The notes under the pieces are model-generated. The model did not search any database and was not told the origin of the DNA. It worked only from the letters and a program-made list of their open reading frames with translations. Of a stretch of 64,000 bases of DNA, positions 29,601 through 40,000 are shown piece by piece (within the stretch, counting starts at the first letter, position 1; every line of letters begins with the position of its first letter). Origin of the DNA: Bugula neritina (Eukaryota > Animalia > Bryozoa). The position numbers were made by a program, and so were the translations under genes. The stretch is taken from contig OZ037768.1 of assembly GCA_964035545.1 (NCBI GenBank), positions 620,001 to 684,000 on the forward strand. The letters are read 5' to 3'.

Positions 29601-32600
29601 CTAGTACTACTAACTGTATACAGTATAACTCTAGTACTACTAACTGTATACAGTATAACTCTAGTACTACTAACTGTATACAGTATAACTCTAGTACTAC
29701 TAACTGTATACAGTATAACTCTAGTACTACTAACTGTATACAGTATAACTTCAGTACTACTAACTGTCACTGCAGTAGAAGGTAGTATAGCAGTAGAATA
29801 ACTTCTAATAAGCTCTTCTTGTAGTCTGATCGTCAAAGATCCAGTTAAATGGCCGAAAACAATGTCCGCCGTATTCAAGGACTTCCTGCAAGGTCTCCTT
29901 ATCAAAAACCCAAACCAAAGACTGAGTTGGCCAAATCTGCTCTACCATCCCTTTATCAAGGACTCGGTTACAGGTTTGTGACTTGACGTACTCTAGTATC
30001 CCTTTATCAAGGACTTGGTTACAGGTTTGTGACTTGACCTATTCTAGTATCCCTTTATCAACGACTTGGTGAGTTACTCAACTTACTTTCTTTAGTGGCA
30101 GAGGAAGATCTGAAGAGTGACAGTCCGTTCATCAAGTCTATGTCAGCCTCAATGGTTTTCCGTAAAGAACAGCAGAGTAAGGAAAAGGCAAATCCTCCTG
30201 GCTCTTCTAAAATACTCAGCAAGGCTAGAAAGAAAGCAGCTGAGAGTAAAAAGGTACTCAAATGCTTTCCTCTGTGTTCTGGTCATGAGAAAGAAATGTT
30301 TAGAATTCTGTCATTGTTCACTATTCTACTTTCGATTTCTAGACGGGGCAGCAAGGGGCGGATCCAGCGGCAGCAGCTGAACCCAGTGGTGCGCTCCTCT
30401 CCCCCGAGTGGGAGCAAGTAGACAGCAAGGTACGGCATCACAAATTATTTTATCGAAAAATAAAATTTGTTACTCAAATATTTTTACATCATTTAAAAGC
30501 AAATGGTTTGCTGAATCTCCTTAAAATACAGAATAGATTGTGTAGTACTTAGTTCAAGTTTTCCGTAGACTCGGTGAATACTGGGTGGCAGAAGTACCTT
30601 TAGTAGCAGGTTGTGTTGTACACTCTGTAATGCAGTGCTCTGTTGGGTAGATGCAAGACCCCACCCCTAGAAATGATAGAATTGAACAAGATTACCAGAC
30701 AGAGTATCCTGATGTCAAGGTTGAACCTAGAAAACTAGTGAAAAAGCCAAATCAGGAGAAGAAAACTCTTGGTGAAGTGAAACTGGATGATGAGGTAACC
30801 AACTGTGTATACTATATTACTACTGAGTATACTATATTACTACTGTGTATACTATATTACTACTGTGTATACTATATTACTACTGTGTATACTATATTAC
30901 TACTGTGTACACTATATTACTACTGAGTATACTATATTACTACTGAGTATACTATACTACTACTGAGTATACTATACTACTACTGAGTATACTATATTAC
31001 TACTGTGTATACTATATTACTACTGTGTATACTATATTACTACTGAGTATACTATACTACTACTGAGTATACTATACTACTACTGAGTACACTATATTAC
31101 TACTGTGTACACTATATTACTACTGTGTATACTATACTACTACTGAGTATACTATATTACTACTGAGTATACTATATTACTACTGAGTATACTATATTAC
31201 TACTGAGTATACTATATTACTACTGTGTATACTATATTACTACTGTGTATACTATATTACTACTGTGTATACTATATTACTACTGTGTATACTATATTAC
31301 TACTGAGTACACTATATTACTACTGTGTATACTATATTACTACTGTGTATACTATATTACTACTGAGTATACTATATTACTACTGTGTATACTATATTAC
31401 TACTGTGTACACTATATTACTACTGTGTATACTATATTACTACTGTGTATACTATATTACTACTGTGTATACTATATTACTACTGTGTATACTATATTAC
31501 TACTGTGTATACTATATTACTACTGAGTACACTATATTACTACTGTGTATACTATATTACTACTGTGTACACTATATTACTACTGTGTATACTATATTAC
31601 AGGGCGCTGACTCAGATGACGAATGGCAAGCCTTAATAGACATCACTGAGACTGACGAGGTGGACAAGATGCTAGCCATGCTCAAGAATCGCAGTTTTGC
31701 TGTCAAGATGCACAAGAGGATCAGCAGCAACGCTGCCAAGGTTAAGGAAGGTCAACTTCATGGAGCCAGTAAGATGAGAATGGCCCTGAGGCTACTTACT
31801 AACTTACTCACTGTTAAAAGGTATATATGTTATACTGTATGTGTGTACTTACACTGACCTAGATACTATTGTATGTACTTACAGTGACCTAGATACTATT
31901 TTATATACTTACGATGACCTAGATACTATTGTATATACTTACAGTGACCTAAATACAGTGATGACGTTCAGTGAGCGTACAGAGACCCCTAGTTTGGAGT
32001 TATCTCTGCTCGGTGATCTGCTACTCAAAAAGGATATACACGAGTTACCATGGTTTCAGCACGTTCTCCTTGACCTGGTAATCGTGGTAAACGCATTCCT
32101 CTCTAGTGAGTCATACTGGGAGGAAGGAGTGAGCGAGCCTGTGTAAGTTGTCTGCTTTCTTTCCTCTTCTATACAAGATGTACGGATGTATGGAAGTTGT
32201 GCTCTCACTGACACAGTATATATTATTATTGTAGTATAGAGATGTATGGGGGTTGTGCTCTCACTTACACAGTATATATTATTATTGTAGTATAGAGATG
32301 TATGGAAGTTGTGCTCTCACTTACACAGTTTATATTATTATTGTAGTATAGAGATGTATGGGGGTTGTGCTCTCACTTACACAGTATATATTATTATTGT
32401 AGTATAGAGATGTATGGGAGTTGTGCTCTCACTTACACAGTATATATTATTATTGTAGTATAGAAATCTATGGGAGTTGTGCTCTCACTTACACAGTATA
32501 TATTATTATTGTAGTATAGAGATGTATGGGGGTTGTGCTCTCACTTACACAGGATTCCTTGATAAACTTATAGTACAGGAATGTGATAATGATCTTCGTC

Positions 32601-35600
32601 TGCGAGAAAACTCTCTTACGGTATGTCACTCTCCTGTTACCTTCTTTGTTTGTATCTCAGACTACCCTTTACTTAGGTAGTCTGAGTATACAGTGTGTAG
32701 TCTGAGTATACAGTGTGTAGTCTGAGTATACAGTGTGTAGTCTGAGTATACAGTACAATAAAGCAGTAATTTACTTTATTGTTTGTTTTTAGTGTTTTAT
32801 TTATTTGTGTGAAATGATGGATAAAAACATAACAACTCTGCCAGAAAAGTTTCTAAATGGGATAGCTACAAACTACCACCACATATTGAAATCTCTGCTT
32901 AGATGCTGTCACCGTGACGACGCGTTCATCAAAAGCTTCCAGGGTGAGACAACTTCATTTTATCTGTATTTGTTTCTAGTTTCTAGTTCCAAACTACTGT
33001 TCAACTTGCCCAGCTAGCACATGTGTGTATAGCTACACTAGTTTAGTTACTACCAATAGTAACAATAAAGTAAGAAAGACAATGATATTAAAAATAGAAA
33101 GAATAACTTGTTTTTACTTTGTTGTATTTTTAATCAGAAGTATTCATAGAGTTACGTGTGACGTTAGACGTTACAAGAGTTTATAGTAGTGGGTTTCAAT
33201 AGCCGCCTCTAGCAAACTCAATACAAGGGTGGGTATTTTCTCTTGACAGCGGAGAAGGGGGTAACTGAGGAAGAGGCATCCAATAGACTGTTTGACACTG
33301 TAGACCTCGCTGTAGCCTGCATCGCCGCCCTTACTTACTTACCTCTGGATGTTAAGAACCCAGCCACTATTTCAGGAAAATCTAAGGTGGGATTCGTTAA
33401 AATATTTACTTGTAACTTACATGTCTACTTATAACTTACATGTCTACATATAACTTACACATCTATTAGATCTGTATACATGCAGGTAGCAGAAGCTCTT
33501 GGCACTATTATCTCCAAGAAAAGAGAGCTAGCTGCAGACTACCTACTCTTTCTACGGCACCCAACCACGTGTGTGAATGTACTCAAGGTCAGTGTCTAGG
33601 TTTACTCACTCTACTTTATTTTCAAGTCTCTCCCCTCCAAGAGACAATACTCTTACCATTTGTATCATTCTGATTGTAGGCTCTGTATATGACTACACAG
33701 AATAGCCTGAGTTTCTGTGAGTACTTTGGCAACGAGGAAGATCATATCCAGTCCCTCTTTACCATTCTCACTGGAGCTGTAAGTCACTCAGGCTAAAATA
33801 GAAACTTTTTACTGGCTTTACTGAACAATTAGCAAGCTGAATCAGGATATATTCAAACTATCACGTGCCTTGATCGCGCAGTAGTGCCTCAGTCTCGTAA
33901 TGTGAAGGTCGCGAGTTTGACCTTCACTCCGAACATTTATATTTGTCTGTAACCACATTACCTACAGCTGATATATCCTGTGTTATTACAGCCAGATGGT
34001 GCTAAGGTATAGGATATGTAATAACTTTGTGTATGTTCTTGTATTCTAGCTCTTTCTTAACATTCTCAACAACTTTTCTTATATTAACCTTTGCGACTTT
34101 TTTCTCTGTATTTTTCTATTTCACATTTCAAATTTATTGTGAGACTTTACAAACCTTGAACATTTTCTTTAAATGTTTTATTATTGTATGAATTATACGG
34201 TTTAGGTTTCAACTTGAGTGCTGTGAGTGTTCTCTCCTGAGATATATAGTCTGAGTGTATTTCTGCGCAGGTTGAAGTGGAAGACATGGATCTGAATACC
34301 TGCATAGAATTGGCTGTACATATCTTGTCAATACTAGTGATACAGCTGCAACAAGTACCTGCTCTGTAAGTCACACAACAAGTACCTGCCCTGTAAGTCA
34401 CACAACAAGTACCTGCTCTGTAAGTCATACAACAAGTACCTGCTCTGTAAGTCATACAACAAGCACCTGCTCTGTAGGTCATACAACAAGCACCTGCTCT
34501 GTAAGTCATACAACAATTACCTGCCCTGTAAGTCACACAACAAGTACCTGCCCTGTAAGTCATACAACAAGCACCTGCTCTGTAAGTCATACAACAAGCA
34601 CCTGCCCTTGCCAGTTAGGAATTGTCTCATTGTGTTACTGTGATATGCAGGATTTCACATGCTAGTGAGCTGATGGTGGCCATCTTTATAGAGTCAACAG
34701 TTGCCAGTCAAACTGCTGCTGCCGCTTTGCTGTTTAGTCAAGTCATCGACCACGGTATTGGTGTAGCTGTGCCACCCGAGGAGATGGTAACGGCAGCGCT
34801 GTCAGTGATGACAGACCTCACTCAGGTATGTCACCACGTCTGATAGCATCTCTGTGACTTAGAAATACCAGTTGTAGGTCTCTTTTTCAAACTGTCATCC
34901 AAAATAATTGATCATTTATTTTTGTTGCACTTCAGACTAAATAAAATTTTGTTTTTCTTATAATCTGCAACTTTTTCTGATGCGGAATTCATTATTTGCT
35001 TACAGGACTCATCGTAAGTATTTGACCAAGTCTAGTTTTCTGAGATGGGATAAGCCACACTTCCACTCAGTCACTCTCAGTCACAGTCACTCTCACTCAC
35101 AGTAATTCTCACTCACAGTCTCACTCATAGTGATTCTCGCTCACAGTCTCACTCAGAGTCATGCTTTCTTACGACTATACATGGATATATACAAGTTATA
35201 AAAGCTTTGCATACTCTAGGCCCTGTATAATGAATGACTCATGTTTTACATCCAGGTGTGCGTGAGAGTCCCCTTTGAGTTTGGTATACTTGACGGACTA
35301 CTTCTTCTACTCAATCAAATACTTGAACAGGTATTGCCCCAGCTTACATCATTTCCTGTTCCCAAATCGTTTCCTGTCAATAAATTTACTACTAATTTTT
35401 GTTTCTATTTTCATCTATTGGTCAGTTTTTGTACTGAAATGTGTTTTTCACGGTAGAGTGAACGTCTGCCAATGGCGAAGGTGTACATAGACAACGGTAT
35501 ATGGATAACCCTGCTGCACAGACTAGCCTCCACTCTCCGCATGCAGAATGAAGCGATTGACGGGAATACAGTAACCCCTCCCGACTCTGTGCTAGAGCCC

Positions 35601-35903
35601 GAGTGGGATCTCATGTCCCCAACTGGTATCATAGCTACTGTACAGCTAGCCGTCGGAATATTCACGAAGGTAGGTCAGACAACTCCTAATAAAGATTGCA
35701 TGCGACCAAAAGTTATTATATGAATGCTTTATCAGCTGATAATTTCTTGCGTTTGGGTGGCAGGAGGCTCACCAGTTGGCGTCTTTCTTCATGAGACCAG
35801 ATGGGATAACCAATCAGGTGATGATGTACCTCGTGTCTCCGCCATTCCTTCAGATGATGAGTCAGAGGTACGTAACTACTACTAGTACTACTACTACTAC
35901 TAG

Positions 35904-35941
<38 letters not shown>

Positions 35942-36204
35942 ACTACTGCTGCCACTGCTGCTACTACTACTACTACTAGTAGTAGTACTACTAGTACTAC
36001 TACTACTACTACTGCTAGTACTACTACTAGTACTACTACTAGTACTACTACTAGTACTACTACTAGTAGTAGTACTAGTAGTACTACTACTAGTAGTAGT
36101 ACTAGTAGTAGTACTAGTACTACTACTAGTACTACCACTACTACTACTACTACTAGTACTACTACTAGTACTAGTAGTAGTACTAGTACTAGTACTACTA
36201 CTAG

Positions 36205-36242
<38 letters not shown>

Positions 36243-36351
36243 GTGCTGCTGCTACTACTACTACTAGTACTACTACTAGTACTACTAGTACTACTACTAC
36301 TACAACTAGTACTACTACTACTACTACTACTAGTACTACTAGTACTACTAG

Positions 36352-36386
<35 letters not shown>

Positions 36387-36660
36387 GCGCTACTAGTACT
36401 ACTAGTACTGCCGCCACTACTACTACTAGTACTACCGCCACCACTACTACTACTACTATCGCCACTACTACTACTACCGCCACTACTACTACTACTACTA
36501 CTACTAGCACTACTAGTACTACTACTACTACCGCTACTAGTACTACTAGTACTGCCGCCACTACTACTACTAGTACTACCGCCACCACTACTACTACTAC
36601 TATCGCCACTACTACTACTACCGCCACTACTACTACTACTACTACTACTAGCACTACTAG

Positions 36661-36692
<32 letters not shown>

Positions 36693-36828
36693 GCACTACT
36701 AGTACTACTACTACTACTACTACTACTACTAGTACTACTACTAGTACTACTAGTACTACTACTACTACAACTAGTACTACTACTACTACTACTACTAGTA
36801 CTACTACTAGTACTACTAGTACTACTAG

Positions 36829-36867
<39 letters not shown>

Positions 36868-36996
36868 CGCTACTAGTACTACTAGTACTGCCGCCACTAC
36901 TACTACTAGTACTACCGCCACCACTACTACTACTACTATCGCCACTACTACTACTACCGCCACTACTACTACTACTACTACTACTAGCACTACTAG

Positions 36997-37028
<32 letters not shown>

Positions 37029-40000
37029 GCACTACTAGTACTACTACTACTACTACTACTACTACTAGTACTACTAGCACTACTACTAGTACTACTACTA
37101 CTACTGCTGCTGCTACTACTAATATTGCTGCTGACACTAACAAGTTTTACTCACACTGCTATTATTTTAGATGTACTGAGGAAAAGGCAGTGATAATGAC
37201 AAGCCTACTGTTGGAGTTGTCACAGCTCTGTATTCTTCCACTTGCCTGTGACCTGTCAGAGGATACGCTGGAATATATTCATACGTACGTCTGCTTACCA
37301 CGCTCTAGCATTTATCACTTTTGGAATTATTAATATATTCTGGAGTTATATGCTCCCTCATCTTCTGCAGGTCTTTCTTGGACGGACAACTCCTACCCAG
37401 GTTGTTGATGGCATGTGTCAAGCACCTTGCTCTTGTTGACACCTGCATACTTATTGGACTTATAGAGCGCCTCTGTCTCACTAACCTGCCTTTCCTGTCA
37501 CAGTTTACTGAGTGTTTGGATAATGCTGAGGTGAGAGCAACTGCTGTGGAGTTATATAATATATAATATAATATATATTATATTATTATATATAATATAA
37601 TATATGTTTTATTATATAATGCAATAACATACAATAATATATGATACAATAGAGTAGAATACAACAGAATGTTATATAATATATTGTGATATATTTTATA
37701 ACTTATAAAAATGTATGAGGACTTTTTACCAGAAGTGTCTGTCAAGACAGGTACATGTGTTATCTAGTGTCTACTTTAACATGTTTCTTATATTCTTGAA
37801 TTCTCTTGTATTATTCAGGTGATCTCATTTATCTCTCAATGCTTGAAGTTATCTTCCCCTGAATCCCTCACTGTTGACATCCTAACAATATTAAATCACT
37901 TAGTAAGACGACTCCCGAATACTTCCTCTCTGATACTTTCCCTCTTAGAAGTAAAGGCGTCTGGTAGGAACTGCACAGTTTCCCGTTGATTCACTGCTTT
38001 GTTAGCACTGTGGGCTGGTTTTGTACTCTGTTGTTTTACGGGTGATCTACAGAAACCATAATGAATAATTCTACAGAAACGAATAAATTTAAACGTCGCC
38101 TAATATCTGACATAGTCATAGCTTGTGAACCTTGATTGTAGGAGAGACTGTAGTGACCACCCTCCTAACAGCCAGTAGCAGTGTAATCAGAGCCAGGGTA
38201 ACCAATCTCCTTGGTAACGTCATCAAACACAATGATCTCTTCGCCTCTTCTCTTAAAACCAAGTAAGCATACGTCGCAGGTTGACTTTTGGTTTTAAACA
38301 ATTATAATTATTGCATCAGGCTTCTAAAACATACCAAAGCTCTAATTCTTTCTGCAGCTGTTGTTTTGAAGCAGATATTATTTTCTATTTTAGGCCAAGT
38401 TTGTTGAAAGCCTTAATAGACTGTCTCTCAGACTCAGACCATAATGTGAGAAAGGTGAGTCATACTCAACTTAGAAAGGTGAGTCATACTCAAGTTAGAG
38501 AGGTGAGTCATACTCAAGTCAGAGAGGTGAGTCATACTCCAGTCAGAGAAGTGAGTCATACTCAAGTCATAGAGGTGAGTCATACTCAAGTCAGAGAGGT
38601 GAGTCATACTCAAGTTAGAGAGTTGAGTCATACTCAAGTTAGAGAGGTGAGTCATACTCCAGTCAGAGAAGTGAGTCATACTCTAGTTAGAGAGGTGAGT
38701 CATACTCAAGTCAGAGAGGTGAGTCATACTCAAGTTAGAGAGTTGAATCATACTCTAGTTAGAGAGGTGAGTCATACTCAAGTCAGAGAGGTGAGTCATA
38801 CTCCAGTCAGAGAGGTGAGTCATACTCAAGTCAGAGAGGTGAGTCATACTCAAGTTAGAGAGGTGAGTCATGCTCCAGTCAGAGAGGTGAGTCATACTCA
38901 AGTCAGAAAGGTGAGTCATGCTCCAGTCAGAGAGGTGAGTCATACTCAAGTCAGAGAGGTGAGTCATACTCCAGTTAGAGAGGTGAGTCATACTCAAGTC
39001 AGAGAGGTGAGTCATACTCAAGTTAGAGAGTTGAGTCATACTCCAGTCAGAGAGGTGAATCATACTCAAGTCAGAGAGGTGAGTCATACTCAAGTTAGAG
39101 AGGTGAGTCATACTCTAGTCAGAGAGGTGAGTCATACTCTAGTCAGAGAGGTGAGTCATACTCAAGTTAGAAAGGTGAGTCATGCTCCAGTCAGAGAGGT
39201 GAGTCATACTCCAGTCAGAGAGGTGAGTCATACTCAAGTCAGAGAGGTGAGTCATACTCTAGTCAGAGAGGTGAGTCATACTCAAGTTAGAAAGGTGAGT
39301 CATGCTCCAGTCAGAGAGGTGAGTCATACTCCAGTCAATGAGGTGAGTCATACTCAAGTTAGAGAGGTGAGTCATACTCAAGTCAGAGAGGTGAGTCATA
39401 CTCTAGTCAGAGAGGTGAGTCATACTCAAGTTAGAAAGGTGAGTCATGCTCCAGTCAGAGAGGTGAGTCATACTCCAGTCAGAGAGGTGAGTCATACTCC
39501 AGTCAGAGAGGTGAGTCATACTCAAGTTAGAAAGGTGAGTCATACTCAAGTCAGAGAGGTGAGTCATACTCCAGTTAGAGAGGTGAGTCATACTCCAGTC
39601 AGAGAAGTGAGTCATACTCTAGTTAGAGAGGTGAGTCATACTCAAGTCAGAGAGGTGAGTCATACTCAAGTTAGAGAGTTGAATCATACTCTAGTTAGAG
39701 AGGTGAGTCATACTCAAGTCAGAGAGGTGAGTCATACTCCAGTCAGAGAGGTGAGTCATACTCAAGTCAGAGAGGTGAGTCATACTCAAGTTAGAGAGGT
39801 GAGTCATGCTCCAGTCAGAGAGGTGAGTCATACTCAAGTCAGAAAGGTGAGTTATGTTTCAGTCAGAGAGGTGAGTCATACTCAAGTCAGAGAGGTGAGT
39901 CATACTCCAGTTAGAGAGGTGAGTCATACTCAAGTCAGAGAGGTGAGTCATACTCAAGTTAGAGAGTTGAGTCATACTCCAGTCAGAGAGGTGAATCATA

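Noticed and set aside
33867-33935. Functional tRNA-Thr(CGT) gene
   Set aside because: The D arm is deleted, the acceptor stem is mismatched and the T-loop is mutated; the body resembles tRNA-Met.
29176-34590. Repetitive ORFs ([26 protein letters not shown])
   Set aside because: Artefacts of intronic minisatellites within STK36.
35716-37193. 475-aa poly-Val and 316-aa poly-Leu ORFs
   Set aside because: Translations of an intronic (ACT)n tract.
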